From: Eledone cirrhosa
Taxonomy: Eukaryota
Assembly: GCA_964016885.1 (NCBI GenBank)
Contig: OZ024744.1
Coordinates: 74,958,001-75,022,000, forward strand
Direction: 5' to 3'
Length of the DNA stretch: 64,000 nucleotides
Both the position numbers and the translations under genes were made by a program. The notes below the pieces were generated by a model. The model saw nothing but the letters and a program-made list of their open reading frames with translations, was not told where the DNA came from and made no database searches. Shown here in pieces: positions 27,960 to 41,958 of the stretch; the stretch's first letter is position 1; each line of letters opens with the position of its first letter.

Positions 27960-28400
27960 ATTTAGCTGTTTTAAATATTTGTCTACTCCATCTACTCTAT
28001 CTATAATTTCCTTTCATAGTTTTTGCGTGTATTGTACTCTGCCTAGGTAATTTATTCCCAAGTGCTTATGAGGTTGATTAGGTTTGAATTATTTTATTTC
28101 TTAATGCGGCATGGAATTGGAATTCTTATTTAATTTTCTTCTTTTCAAAATTACTATTGTATATTTTTCAAATACGAATATTCTGTCAGTTTTTCTAGCA
28201 AGTAAATGAAGTGCTTTTTTTCTAGCAAGTAAATGTATAGAGCTTATTGTAGTTTTCCTGGTTGTTTATCATCTAATCGATAACTTTAGGAAATCTTCCT
28301 AAATAAGATCGTTGAATGTTCGTACATATAATTTATATCCGAGTAAAGACAGGTAGGTTGAAGACGTTGAGATCAGGTAAAAACGAAGTGTAGAAACGAA
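27960..28400 (-). mobile_element. Possible heavily decayed Tc1-like transposase fragment
   Basis: Weak remnants across frames (DKQPGKL, RVQY..K...W); low similarity only. Confidence 0.3.
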
Positions 28401-28831
28401 GCTATCTTGACGTTATGTTCTGGTGACGATCGGGTTATATTTTACAACTCCTTTTTTTTTTGTATGTATTTACAGAAAATCACAAATATCTGTGTTATTG
28501 ATAGTTTTAAGGTGCATTTGAAAGGAAGTTAAATTCTACCTACATATTATAAAATAGCAATGAATATTGCCTGTTAAAACAATGTAGTAGACATTTCGAA
28601 TGAGCCAATATCATTTTCAATGCTTACATTATTATCTAAATATGAATAGAAAGAAATTACTCGATTTTTCAAATATTCTTCCGTAAACTCTTTCAAACAT
28701 TTTCATATATTTCTGTATCATATCAGGAAATGGAATTTTTGAAACAGTCAGTTCACGATTAGCGAATGGATTAATGGTGATTTACATTACTGACACGTAC
28801 ACACACATACACACACATACGCACATACACG

Positions 28832-28904
<73 letters not shown>

Positions 28905-28908
<4 letters not shown>

Positions 28909-28989
28909 GTAGAATTCCATTAGAACTAATTTTTCTGTATAACGAAATTTTTTAATGCCCCATGAATTTCGTTATATCGGAATTTCACA
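28905..28989. mobile_element. Short Tigger/pogo-like MITE remnant
   Basis: TA-CAGGTAGAATTCC...TATAACGAAAT..ATTTCGTTATATCGGAATTTCAC inverted ends. Confidence 0.5.
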
Positions 28990-29271
28990 CACTCTCACTC
29001 TCTCTCTCGCTCTCTCTCAATATAGTTCCATGTGTGTGTGAGGGGAGGGGGAGGGAAATGTGCTTGTGTATGTAGATGTGTGTATGATGTGTGTGGATAT
29101 GTCCGTATGTATGGCAAATATATATATCGACATAAATGAAAAATGTATTACACAATTTCTAAAGATTGTGTTTGCAACTAATCAAATGTTGATGTAACAT
29201 TGTAAAAGTATATGTTGATGTGATATAGAGCATTGCTATGCTGATTCTTTACTTCAGTTTCTCGAATAATT

Positions 29272-29452
29272 AATTGTTTCTACTTTTTGGCACAAGGCCA
29301 GCAATTACCCAGTACATTATTTTATCGACCCCGTAAGGATGAAAAGCAAAGTTAACCTGAGACAGGATTCGAACTCAGACCGTAAAGGGACGTAACTATG
29401 CTAGAAAGCATGGCGTCCAACTCTCTAAGAATACTGCCAATTCACCGCCCTT
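29272..29452 (-). mobile_element. tRNA-derived SINE
   Basis: Same family as 8568-9545. Confidence 0.8.
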
Positions 29453-29681
29453 TTCTCGAATAATTAATAACCTGAAACTAGTTTTATTTTTAAAATATTT
29501 GGATTCTAATAAAATATGTACAATATACGTATTGTATTGAACACGCTTTCACCATTTGTAAAACAAACGATCACCACTCGAGACACACACAAATATATAT
29601 ATACATACAAACACCAACGTAAGCGCGCGCGCACACAATCATATCTATATAGAGAGAGTTATGTAGACAGACCGACAAATA

Positions 29682-29719
<38 letters not shown>

Positions 29720-29726
<7 letters not shown>

Positions 29727-30385
29727 GGAAAAGAATGAAACGAAATTTCATTTCTCATTCTTAGTACGGCTGATACCTAAATATAAGTATGTATACGTAC
29801 ATACATATATGTGTACAGACCCACAGTAGTATGTATATATATACATACATGCACACATATATATATGTACGCATGGGTTTACCGAACATTTATTATAATG
29901 TTCGGTTTGTTTGTAAACAAACAGCCCGAATTACACCGTACAGTGCTCGGCAACCATCGTCGCCCTTTTGTTCAACAACAGATGATGGAACGTCTGAAAG
30001 TATATACTTTTTTTTCCATTTATCGTTTTCGGTATGCCCGGCCGACTAACTCACTCAATATGCAAATTAGGCTGCTCAGCCGTTAATATGCATAAGGAAA
30101 GTATATACTTTCAAACGTTCAATCATCTGACAGAAAGGTATACGATGCTGACGATAGCTATTAAGCTTTAAACTAGTACATCGTTCCTTTGTCAGTGTTG
30201 AACAAAAGAGCAACGATGGTTGCCGAGCACTGTATGGCGTAATTCGGGCTGTTTGTTTACAAACAAACCGAACATTACCATAAATGTTCGGTAAACCCAT
30301 ACGTACATATATATATGAGTGCATGTATGTATATACTACTGTACGTCTGTACACATATATGTATGTACGTTTACATACTTATATA
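29720..30385. mobile_element. Family C HHR unit, forward piece plus inverted piece (HHR 30143-30183 +, GAAA mutated to TAAA)
   Basis: Homologous to 4805-5890; stem I CGATG/CATCG is perfect. Confidence 0.8.
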
Positions 30386-30521
30386 TAAATAGGAGAGAGA
30401 GTGGTGGGGAGGCAGACTGACAAACAAAGAGGGGACAATTGGTGAGAGAGGGAAGGAGAGAAAGAGATAGGTCACTTGCTGAGGAGTGAGAGGAGATGGA
30501 TACAATTTAAGAATGGGGTGG

Positions 30522-30578
30522 AGAAGAAGAAGAAGAAGAAGAAGAAGAAGAAGAAGAAGAAGAAGAAGAAGAAGAAGA
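30522..30578. repeat. (GAA)n microsatellite
   Basis: Seen directly. Confidence 0.95.
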
Positions 30579-31211
30579 GTATCAATAGGGGGAGGAGGAG
30601 AAGTGAAGATGAAGGAAGAAAACTAGTTGTATATGAGAAAAGAGGAGAGGGCAGCAGGGTTTATTTATGTAGGTGGAAGGACGTAGCTATTTCTGAAGAA
30701 AATAATTTCATGCATGACTATTTCTCAGGGGTACTTGGACTCCGTATATTCGAACTCCTCCGCAAAATCGGACTGACGGTGGCCCGTCTGGGGAAGGAGT
30801 GTCGCGAGGTGATTGGCTGTTGTAGCGGGTGTCGCAGGCCATTGTCCGCGGGAATGCTTTCGATGTCTTGTCCGCGTGGCGCATCCCCTTTACCAACGTG
30901 CCCTAGGGCCCAGAGCGCAAACACCACCCCTTCCCATTCTTCCGTGACACTATATTCCATACCATTCCTTCCCTTTACCAGTTTTTTTTCTTTTTCTCTA
31001 TTTTCTTTATATTTTCCTATCTTATATTCCATTCTTCTCAGTCTAAGTTTTATTTTTCTATTAAACTGTATTTGCATGATATATTTCATAAAATAAATGT
31101 TCTTGGTTAAAGGGAGCATGTTTACTGAAAGAAGTAAATAAAATTGACACATGCTGGATTTTTCGTGCTAAATGTATATTAAAATTTACTTACTAGCAAT
31201 GTCTACAATAA

Positions 31212-31390
31212 TAATTATTTCTCCATTGGGCACAAGGTCAGCAAATTGGGGGAAAGGGAAAATCGACCCCGTAAGGATGAAAGGCAAAGTTAACCTCCGT
31301 GGGATTTGAACTCAGAATGGCAAGGGCCGTAACTCCATGCGTCAAAGCATGGTGTCCGACCCTCTACCGATACTGCCAATCCACCGCCTG
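31212..31390 (-). mobile_element. tRNA-derived SINE (internally deleted)
   Basis: Same family as 8568-9545. Confidence 0.8.
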
Positions 31391-31599
31391 TAGTTTATGG
31401 AAGACCCAGATTATTTACAAATCGACCCTAAACCTACGAATCAAATTAAGAAAGGCATGAACGACACTGCATCTTGTTTTACTGGGATTTTCGAAAGTAG
31501 GTTTATAAATATCAATTTTCAGTAGTTATATGTAACTGTCTCTGTGGTCTAGTGGGGGTATTAGAGACAGTAAAGCTTATTTATAAATACGTGAAATTA

Positions 31600-31941
31600 A
31601 TAGAAGACCCTCTTCGGTCACGATTGACCATAGGAATTGCACCTAGAAAGTTTCTCTCTGAGGCACAAGTCCGGCCAAGTTTGTTTGTGGAAGACCAGCA
31701 GTCGTTCATGCATACCAGTCTCCCCTCTCCACGCCACCGATGTTGTCCAAGGGAAAGGCAATGACCGATACAGCTTGGTACCTAGTGTCGTCACAATTCA
31801 TTTTCTATAGCTGAGTAAACCGAAGCAACGTGAAATAAAGTGTCTTGCTCAATGACACAACGCAACGCTTGGTCCGAGAATCGAACACACAATCTTTCGA
31901 TTGCAAGCCCAATGCCCTACCCACTAAGCCATACGCCTTCA
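31600..31941 (-). mobile_element. Near full-length CORE-type tRNA SINE
   Basis: Reverse complement: GGCGTATGGCTTAGTGG A box, GTTCGATTC B box, GTGTCATTGAGCAAGACACTTTATTTCACGTTGC CORE-like block and 3' tail. Confidence 0.8.
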
Positions 31942-31984
31942 CATTGAAGTTAATAAAGATAAATTATAATAACAATAAGTTTTG

Positions 31985-32365
31985 TGGGGTATCTTTTGCA
32001 ATCGGATGCTAGCTGAAGCATATTAGTTGGCCTCAGATCAGTCCCTGATTTCAGAGGCTCAATATATCACGCAGTATTTTGGCAGTACTAGTGTTGGCAA
32101 AACTTCAGGCATTGCCTATGAAGTCGAGGATCCCAAGGCTTTTGATCCAAAGACGTAAGACGTTTAGGGACCGTGTATAGCACGCCAGAGACACTTATCA
32201 CGCCTTGATTCTAAATGATACTCAGTTCTAATAGCACCTGCAAAGTCTACATGCTTATTAATCTTTTCCATTTCCTTTTCAGTCACATTGTGGTCTTGAT
32301 GGATCGCAATATCAATTAGAATCAATTTTGTGTGGTTGCTTGTTTTTGCATCAATATCGGGGTCG
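31985..32365 (-). mobile_element. R4/Dong-like non-LTR retrotransposon 3' fragment (restriction-like endonuclease)
   Basis: PDID....KLILIDIAIHQDHNVTEKEMEKINKH...NTSTAKILRDILSL*. Confidence 0.75.
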
Positions 32366-32384
32366 CTGTGTTGGACCTTGTGTT

Positions 32385-33050
32385 CTTGAATTCCGTGGAA
32401 ATAATCCAAATGTTGTTCGCCAAGGAACAATTATTAAATAAAAAGTATGAACTCGTCACCTCGTGCAAACACCGGATTTACAAAACATACCTCAACTTCA
32501 GACCTTCTCACGATCTAGGATACCATCAGCAAACCTAATTAGCACCCATAAATACACACAGCAAAAGCTCGTAAACAAAATTATTAGCCCGTGAAACCAG
32601 TACATAAGCTGCTCTTCTTTACCTACCCGAGCTGCATATCCATCCCTTCAGTCCTACGAATTTACTCCTGTAGAGGTACGTACCACAGCATTCTATTTAC
32701 GATAGCGGCATTAAAATGACAACACTCACACTAGCACTCCACTAAACAAATGTCAATACCTAATTGCACACGGACAGCCCACGTGACCCCTTTGGATCAT
32801 ACATACGTACCTAAGAAAAACACAGGCCCATTATATTGCATAATAAATAGTAATTACGCACGTCATCCATTCCACTATAAATACCTGAAATATAATCACC
32901 GCCACAAATGCACGACAAAACGTGGATTTCTTAAGTAAATCAAATCTATACTCCTAACGGTAATTCAAAGTGACTTAAGTACTAGCGTAGTTATAGTAAA
33001 ATACTTGCCCTAGATTTTACTTTAATATTACCGTCTAGTAGGCTAAACCA
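32385..33050 (+). mobile_element. PLE 3' fragment (endonuclease C-terminus plus UTR)
   Basis: EIIQMLFAKEQLLNKKYELVTSCKHRIYKTYL aligns with the C-terminus at 16723-16860; the 3' boundary is uncertain. Confidence 0.75.
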
Positions 33051-33122
33051 TTTTACTTTCGATCTTTTTCAATATGCTAAACACATTTATTTTATTTATA
33101 TTAATAATTATTTTATTATTGA

Positions 33123-33800
33123 CTAGCAGCTGGACCCGGCGTTGCACAGGGTAGGACACGTGAAATAGCAACACACATATGCAAAGATTGAGGAATGTAG
33201 CTGTGTACTTTTTGAATTCCCTTATACTCAGGGAATGATTGTTCATCTACTGGAAACGTAGAACACCAGCAGGCCCGAATCCAGTAGTTGCAGTGTCAGT
33301 GGGCTGATTGCGGAAATACTGTATGCGAAAGGAGTAAGTAAGTGTTGTGGAGCGATGTATGTCGTAAAGTTTGTTCACAAATGACGTCACGGATGGGGAA
33401 CACACATCAATCTGAAGGAGCGACGTAGTCAATTGTGTGAAAACCAAGAAGGGATGTACGTTTAAGTAGGGATATTGAGATGACGAAATCAGAGTAGCAA
33501 CACAGCTGCAGCAGGTGTTACGGTGTCAATAACACGGTAACGTACACGGAGCCAGGATTTGCGCGTGGTGTAAGCACAAAGCGTCAATAGGGCGCCGACA
33601 AAAAATTTAAGGTCCTCCTCATTTCCTCAATTCCCCGAAAATGGTCCTGCTGTAAGTGCTGTGTCCTCTGTTAAATAAATCAAATTTTTAATGAAATATT
33701 ATACGCTACTTACGAAGTTTAAGTAGCATTTATATTGAAAATGAAAATGGCATGTAATGCTCGATGCTAATTCGTAAATTTCCTAGAAACCACTAATCGA
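33123..33800 (-). mobile_element. Helitron 3' end and body
   Basis: Reverse complement CCCTGTGCAACGCCGGGTCCAGCTGCTAG-T (hairpin + CTAG), matching the terminus at 25541-25569; distal boundary uncertain. Confidence 0.7.
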
Positions 33801-33857
33801 ATCGGAAATTTTGTTGTCCTAGGCAATGCGAGGGTTTTTTCTATTGCCATTAAAATG

Positions 33858-33942
33858 GGTCTGACGAGCCGTGGATTACAGAGTCGGGATAGATCGATAC
33901 AGATAGAACCTTGAGCTGATCAGTGGCGAAACGCGCGTCACC
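33858..33942 (+). ncRNA. Type I hammerhead with 54-nt loop II (family I)
   Basis: GGT-CTGACGA-GCC-[54 nt]-GGC-GAAAC-GCGC-GTC-ACC; decayed second copy at 12351-12427. Confidence 0.85.
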
Positions 33943-34277
33943 AGCCAATAAAAGTAATGAAGGAGTAACCAATCGTCCTTGTTATTTTATTTCACTATAT
34001 ATATAGGTAAAATGTGAAAAAGCACAGAGTTATATTCAAAGACTATTTTTATTTTTATCTGACAGAATGTATATTTTTATAATTGTATGATCGTTAAATT
34101 AAGTGGAATTACAATTTGTCATATATACCAGTTGGTACATCAGTTTTATCAAATCTTTAAAAATAAGTTTGATCTTAGAACATATGTGAATATATAATAC
34201 ATACACACATACATACACATGTGTGAATATATATACATACACACATACATACACATTTATATATATATATATATATA

Positions 34278-34548
34278 TTTCGTTTCTGAATTTGTTTAGC
34301 AAGATTCTTTATCTGAAAATGTGTGTTGAAACCGATATTGTTATACTTTGGGAGGGTCATGTTGCCAATAAGAAACACACGCACCAGTTGCTTTCACTTC
34401 AATTTATTATAAATTAAATTAATAAATTTAGGAATTTATAAATTTCCGGTTGGTTGGTTGGTTCCACAACCAGATGATTGTTCATATATTGTCAAAGTTC
34501 TTTCGTCACACATTATGTGACCTCTTCAGTGACTGGGGATTATGTTCT
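34278..34548 (-). mobile_element. Family B pLTR fragment with intact HHR (34491-34533)
   Basis: GTCA-CTGAAGA-G-GTCACAT-AAT-GTGTGAC-GAAAG-AA-CTT-TGAC. Confidence 0.85.
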
Positions 34549-34561
34549 TATATATATATAT

Positions 34562-35290
34562 GCTTAGTACAGATAGTGCCATGGATGCTAAAATAAATCA
34601 TACGATTGCGAAAGCTAGTGTTGCTTTTGGGAAATTCGAGACGCAAATCAGGTCAGACAGGGTATCACAAGAAACAAAAAGCTTTCTGTGTGTAAAACCT
34701 ATGTTCTTATAGCTCTGTTATATGCGTGCTAAACTTCGACAATTACATGCATGATATGAAGCAGTTGATATGGTATCTGGTACATCATGAAAATCAAATA
34801 GCCCTCGTATACATCTAATACTGCTGTAGTTGAGAAAGCGGGTAGCACCAATATTGAGAAAAGAATAATTTTGAATCAGATGCACTGGTCCTGTTGTCAG
34901 AATGGACGACGGAAGTCTGCTTTAACAGACATTTTATGAGAAGTAGACCATATGGGAAAAGCCGCAGGATACACCGATGAAGCGGTTTAAGGATGTTATA
35001 AAAAGCAATCCCAAAGCTTTAGAGATTGATGAGGGTAAGGATAACTTGAAGGCATTGGAGACATTCGATCATGAAGAAAGATTGTCAAGAATAGATGTTG
35101 TGTCTCACACTGATTTGACGCTTTCGCTCCATAAGCACGACTCAAGCGGTCTACCTACAGCAATACATCAGGAATATAGTACAATCTGTGTAGCCGATTT
35201 CTTTTCTCAAAAGCAGAATTATTGTCCACAAATCAAACAGCTTGCGGGACGGTTCCACCGCCCGGTCCCACGATTGTGCCAAAAGACAGA
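34562..35290 (+). mobile_element. RTE-clade LINE 3' fragment
   Basis: DAKINHTIAKASVAFGKF..., NQMHW..RMDDGSL, KPQDTPMKRFKDVIKSN resemble the RTE ORF C-terminus; frameshifted. Confidence 0.8.
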
Positions 35291-36057
35291 CAAATCATGT
35301 GTTACATATGATAAAGTTCTTGAAAAATAAGGAGCGGAGCTGAGAAGACACCTGCTTGCATCTGGTCATACAATGTTCAGTGAAGAAATAGCACTCTTCT
35401 AAATAAGGATCAATCAATATATATGTATAACCATGTAGTACCCATAGAAAATGACGAGGATTTTAGTAAAAAATATTTTATTTTATTTAATTCATGATTA
35501 CAACATTTTATGGCATGTAGGTAGGTAGGTAGGTAGGTAGGTAGGTATGTAGGTAGTAAGGTTGGTAGATAGGTGGGTAAGTAGGTATGAAAATAGGTAG
35601 GTAGGTAGGTAGGAACAAATGTCATGATTCGCATATTGCAGCTGGCTAAAGAATGAGGACGATAGTCTTCAATACATGGCATCAATTACGTTCTTCTTCA
35701 TGAAACTTTCGATTCACATTATAGCGATCAAGAGGTGAGTTACTTAGTTTCGAATTGGATTTATATAAATTGAAGTGGGTATATTATATATAAACATAAC
35801 TAGACACAAATACAGTGACGACATATATGACGACCTAATATATATATATATATATAGGAAGGTAGAGAGAGAGAGAGTGGGAGAGAGAGCGGGGGTCGGG
35901 CATGCGTAGAAGGGCATGTTTATGTATGTATGTATATGTGTGAAAGAGAGAAAGTATGAGAGATATAGTGAACCCAACTCACGAGTTTTTCTGCGTATAT
36001 ATATATATATGCGTTTCATGCGCGCGTGCATGCATGCGCGAGTCTATATATATAGGG

Positions 36058-36195
<138 letters not shown>

Positions 36196-36614
36196 CGTGT
36201 GTGTGCGTGTGTGTGTGTGGCTGTGCGTGTGTGTGGCTGTGCGTGTGTGTGTGTGTGATTGTGTGTGCAGTCAATAAAATATATATAATTCAAAGATGAT
36301 CACGAATATATATATGAAAAGACACGTAAGTAATATATTTATTCTCGGAATTTAACTAATCTTATATTGTTTATTGATTGCTAAACAAACATAATTTTTC
36401 AACATGATTATATTGTTCATGTTATAATGCATAACTTATTCAAAACATATTTTCCAAACAGGAATTTTCTCCATTTTCTCCATTCTATATGTTTGTATTT
36501 ACTTCTCTTCATTTACTTTATAAGAGATTGAGTTCTATTAGGAATAACTATATTTTATATATTTATACATACAGACACACACTCTCTTATCTCTCTCTCT
36601 CGCTCCCTCTCCCA

Positions 36615-36673
<59 letters not shown>

Positions 36674-36831
36674 CACTTCCAAATTTAAATAGTTTTGTTA
36701 TTTATAAACTTATATATAGTATGTAGGTATATATGCATATTTATGTGTGTGTGGGGTGGGTGGGGTGGGAGTTTATATACATACTATGTCCATACAATTT
36801 ATCGGAGATATATAGGAAAACGGATTTATAC

Positions 36832-36883
<52 letters not shown>

Positions 36884-37479
36884 ATATACATATGCATATA
36901 TATATATATTTATATGTGTATGGGTGTGTGATTATGTATGTGTTTGTGTGTGTGTATGCTTGTATGTGTGTGTTTATTGGCCACAATTATGCACACACAC
37001 ATAACATTCGAGAAGATAACGATAAGTTTATAGAAACAAGTAAGTATTCTTTCGGAGGTGTGTATGGGCGTATTTATGCTTGAGTATGCATATATGTGTG
37101 TTTGTATGTGCGTGCATGGTTATGCATGCGTGTTTTATATATGCTTAAGCGTCCATATACATAGTTTTGCAAAGAGCTTTTTATTGATATTTGCTATGGT
37201 ATAGCTTAATATATTTTATTTTATAGAACCCCTCAAAATAATTTGTTTATAGTCTTGGCGTTAATTATGTCATTGTTGTTGTTGTTTCTGTCATTGTTGT
37301 AACTGAGTGAGCAGATTATTAATCAAAGACCGTTCTGACATTAACTTTTTCTAGAACCACGTTATCCAGTGTTTTCATTCATCAACTCATGACGGTAACA
37401 TATGATTTGAAGCATGGTTGGTTGCTATATCTAGTTGGTTAAAATAGACCATGTACATACATTATTTATTTGTTTTATA

Positions 37480-38560
37480 GTGATAAATAATATCTTGAGA
37501 AATGTTTAGAACATTGTATTGATGAAGAAATTGTATCTAAATTCCAAATGTATACACTTATTTTTTATATGAACAATGTGATTTATATCTTCGAATCATT
37601 TTTATCCGCCTAGTTGATTAAGAATTTATTTTCAGATTTACTTTTGATAAGTTTGTCCAAGAGCATAAGAACATCGCTCGCTTAGTTCATCTCGTTGAAA
37701 GGAATATTCCACAGTATTTTGAAAAATAAAATAAAAGCCAATATTGTTCTTTGTATTGAACATAGTTTATCATCTCTACTCTTCTGAATACCAAAGCAGG
37801 CAAATATGATAAGCTAAATATAAAATACAAGCCAGCTTAGTTGTTTGTTATACTAAGTATACACGTTAATTTGCCTTACATCAAAAACGTGAGGCGTGAA
37901 ATCTTTTTTATACAAAATCATATGTTGATCATTGTTTGAATGTGTCTGATTGTAGTTCTCTGATCGTGACTGACCTGAAACTTTAAAATGACTACAAACC
38001 CAACAGTTGTATAGAAGTAGTTCAACCACAGTTATCCCGATGCAATACACACATTGCATCTCAAAGTGACAGGCACCTGGATCTATGAAAGATATTTGAA
38101 ATAAGTTAAAGAGAATCTACACGTTTTCTTTGGTTGCACATGGTGACAGATTTCAAAAATGTATTTTGTAGGAGTTGATATCAAATTGCATCAGTTACTC
38201 CAAAGAATTAAAGAATATTGAGAAACACATTCAACTCAGTGAAAACTGACGCCATCATCACTAGCTATATTTTGAATATAACCAACTTTAATATTCCCCA
38301 ACTCCATCCCTATAAAATAATACAGATTGTCAGGTTCTACGATAATCTGAACTCTATTGGTTCATATGTTTTGATGACAGACAAAATTATTCTTAGTTGT
38401 AATTTGAGTATCAGATATTTCAATTCACGTCACTGTATAAATGTAAGTAATGCATTTCAGACTGTCTAGAACTGGTTATCTGAAAGATGTTACCATCAAT
38501 ATAACAAAACTTTATATAAAAATCTATTATATTAAAGCTTTTGTAGATTTCGTGTCAAAT
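37480..38560 (-). mobile_element. Fossil hAT (Charlie/Buster-like) transposase
   Basis: Colinear decayed motifs resembling SxxTVxRRI, FSLQLDESTDI, CVGICTDG and TH; many stops. Confidence 0.5.
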
Positions 38561-38799
38561 ATCAGTCATGCTGAAAAGGGGTTGTTTATATATATATATA
38601 CACAGAGATCTATACATGCATCCTCCTTGGGTGTTAGGTTGAATCCACCAATATTATATCGTGAAATCATAGACAAATAATAATCAGGAGAAAAAAAGAG
38701 GCGAAAGTAAGAAGAGGGAGTAGCATCTTTCTAAAACTCTCTCCCTCACACACTATCTCTCACTCTCTCTCTGTCTCTCTCTCTCTGATATATATATGT

Positions 38800-38850
<51 letters not shown>

Positions 38851-38926
38851 ATATATATCCAAGGAAAACTTGAACAGTTATGGTATTTTTCTTGGTTATG
38901 TCAACATTTATAAAACAAACTTTGTA

Positions 38927-38983
38927 TTTTATCTGATGAAAGCGTACCAAAGTTTTGGTACCCTTGAAATATATATAATAGAA
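38927..38983 (+). ncRNA. Type I hammerhead (family A)
   Basis: TTTTAT-CTGATGA-AAG-CGTACCAA-AGTT-TTGGTACC-CTT-GAAAT-ATAT-ATA-ATAGAA. Confidence 0.8.
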
Positions 38984-39368
38984 TGAATATGGTTTTATAA
39001 ATATAGTTTTCATTTATTTAATATCATTGAATATATATATATATATGAAAAGAGAGTAAGATTATATACAAAACAGTGATTATAGAGAGAAGGTAGACTT
39101 GGAAACCACACGGAAAATATATTTAAATAATGTTTTTCTTTTTTTCGTTGATCCGTCAAAGTGACATTATTGGAAAAAAAAAGGAACAATTTTTTTTTAA
39201 TGGGAGTTTTATAATGTATATAAAATATATAAAACATTACCGATTTTGATGTATCGATGTAATCCATCTTATCAAATATAGAATATTGCAATTAAAAAGA
39301 ATTTTAAAAGGATCAACAATTTAAATTTTATAATTAAGTGTTGAAGGTTTTCTTTTCATCTTTCTTGT

Positions 39369-39440
<72 letters not shown>

Positions 39441-40146
39441 GAAAAGAGTCAGGACCACGAGGGATGAGCTCCGGCCGTTTCGACAGCAAGATCCAAGTTC
39501 AGATCTAGCTGTCCTGACTCTTATACCTTATTAAGTATAGAAAAATAGTGGAAAGATGTTTGTATGTTAAAGGGAGGTAATTACCGGTGCTGCTGTAATG
39601 TTACTTGTCAAACTATTGACTTGTACCGGCATAGTAAGAAATGTTATTTATTATTTAAAGGAAGTTAACGTAAGTAGGGTTAGTCGACTCAATGTGATGA
39701 GGCGGTGTTAAGGTGTGAGAATGAGTATGAATTATTAGTAAAGTCATTAAAGTCTATAGACAAGTTTAACTAGCGCAAGTGGAAAGTTCAGTGTGAGTTT
39801 GAAGGCCTAGAAAGGTAAAGTCACTTTAGATGGAATTTGTATAATTATATGATCAGTTGTCTAAGAAGTTGCTTGGGTATAAGCGACAGTTCTGTAAAAT
39901 TGCCCGAAGATCTGTCTGTGTGGAAGAATATAGTAGGGTAAGCGCAGCTGAATGTATGCAGTACAGCTTCCTGGAGGGAGAATAGAGGGTGGATGATGGT
40001 GTTGTTCCAAGTTGTTTAATGGTAAGTCCACCGCCCATAAGTCAGGCCAGGGTGTGATGTTGAGAGCCTTGGATGTTATGGTGGTTATGTGGTTGTTGGG
40101 GTCCATCCATATAAAGATTGTTATAGTCTATGGCCGCAATAAATGA

Positions 40147-41135
40147 CAGTTTCAGCCATACTATTTATGAGGTCTTGGGGGTGCTTGCACTATATAGTAT
40201 AGTTCCATTAGGCAGAGTTGGCAACTTTTTAACCCCATACAATTTCAAAAAAAGCTGCCAACTCTGCCTAATGGAAGTATACTAGATAGTGCAAGCACCC
40301 CAGGACCTCATAAATAGTATGGCTGAAACTGATTGTTTGGCGAGCTAGACTTTTGCGGTGGTTGTTCCAGTGCGAGAGTATCGGCGAGATCGCAGTTGTG
40401 CAACATAATAGCAACATGTTTTCGCAGCTGAGAAGGGACTTTAGCAGTTGCTGCTTCTTGTAGGGTGAGGTGCCAATGGCTGTCATCGTATAACATACCA
40501 CGCATCTGGCAAGCCAAACGGTAAGTGGAACATTGATGGCCATTGATGGTTCTCAGATCTTGGAAAGACTGTGGTCCTCTAACCTCGAACAGTAACAATG
40601 ACGATAAGCCGTCTGTGTTGTCGTGAAATAAATAGGTTTTTGATTTTGTGTATGCAAAAATATCTGTACACGAATATATATATTAAAATAACAGATTAAA
40701 GTTTAAGCAAAGAATCGCTGCTTTCACCCTTAACGGGATCTTCTGAAATTAAACATATCAGTCTGTCAACGCGGAAGTAAATATTTCGAAAAACGTTATC
40801 TTATGCAGACAGTCAGATATACAGAGACATATTATAAGGGCGCTACGTTATAGCTATGTATCTATCTAAAAAGACATACTAAGAAAAAGAGGGGAATGTT
40901 GTGCGACGTCATAAGAAAGAGTGAAGAATGTCGTATAAAGGGAAGTGTTGACATTTGAAATTTTAAAGAAGTGAATGTTTAAATAATGTCTTTAATCTTT
41001 TAACAAAATTCAGTAGACAAAAATACCCTCAATTTTTACTTGGAAAAAGTTACATCTATGGTGCAAATTTGGTTTCTGTGTGGCAGAATGTTTGTTACCT
41101 ACATACGGCGATCAGCTTTATAGAATATATTTATA
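40147..41135 (-). mobile_element. Deleted Helitron with Rep-helicase linker remnant (40240-40598), interrupted by a PLE UTR piece (40676-40950)
   Basis: LLFEVRGPQSFQDLRTINGHQCSTYRLACQMRGMLYDDSHWHLTLQEAA...PSQLR is the typical Helitron block; Helitron-like 5' end near 41130. Confidence 0.85.
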
Positions 41136-41527
41136 TATAAGCAGTAGCACTAAGGCAAGCGTTTAAGCATAATGGGGGTGTATATGAAAACATATACGAT
41201 ATTTTTATAAGTAATAAACATATGGGTATATTCGATATCAAAAGAAACAATTATTTTCCACTATTATTCTCCCTGAACATGTTACAAATTTGTCAGTATG
41301 GTTCAGAATGCCAGACAGCGCTATTTATTGATTTGTTAATATTCATGAGTGACCTCCACTCAACTGGTACTGGCATGGAAATAGTTTAAATCTACAGAGA
41401 ATTTTGCGTGATGAACATTTGCTGGGGATGCTCATTTGCATATAGCAAAATTAAAGAAATAGGCTGTAGTTGCTCATTTCCATATAGTATGAACTAGGCT
41501 TTTCATACTATATATGAACAGCCTAGT

Positions 41528-41559
<32 letters not shown>

Positions 41560-41605
41560 TATGTACACATATATATACATATATATATATATATACATAT
41601 GTATA

Positions 41606-41691
<86 letters not shown>

Positions 41692-41703
41692 AAACTAGGC
41701 TGT

Positions 41704-41758
<55 letters not shown>

Positions 41759-41792
41759 CATATGTATATATATATGCACATGTATATATATG

Positions 41793-41869
<77 letters not shown>

Positions 41870-41914
41870 GAATATGTATATATATATATATATTTATAAA
41901 TATATTTATATATA

Positions 41915-41954
<40 letters not shown>

Positions 41955-41958
<4 letters not shown>

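Noticed and set aside
30476-31152. 206-aa and 144-aa ORFs over a GC-richer island
   Set aside because: Partly (GAA)n-derived with no recognisable domain; probably a retroelement fragment, but unassignable.
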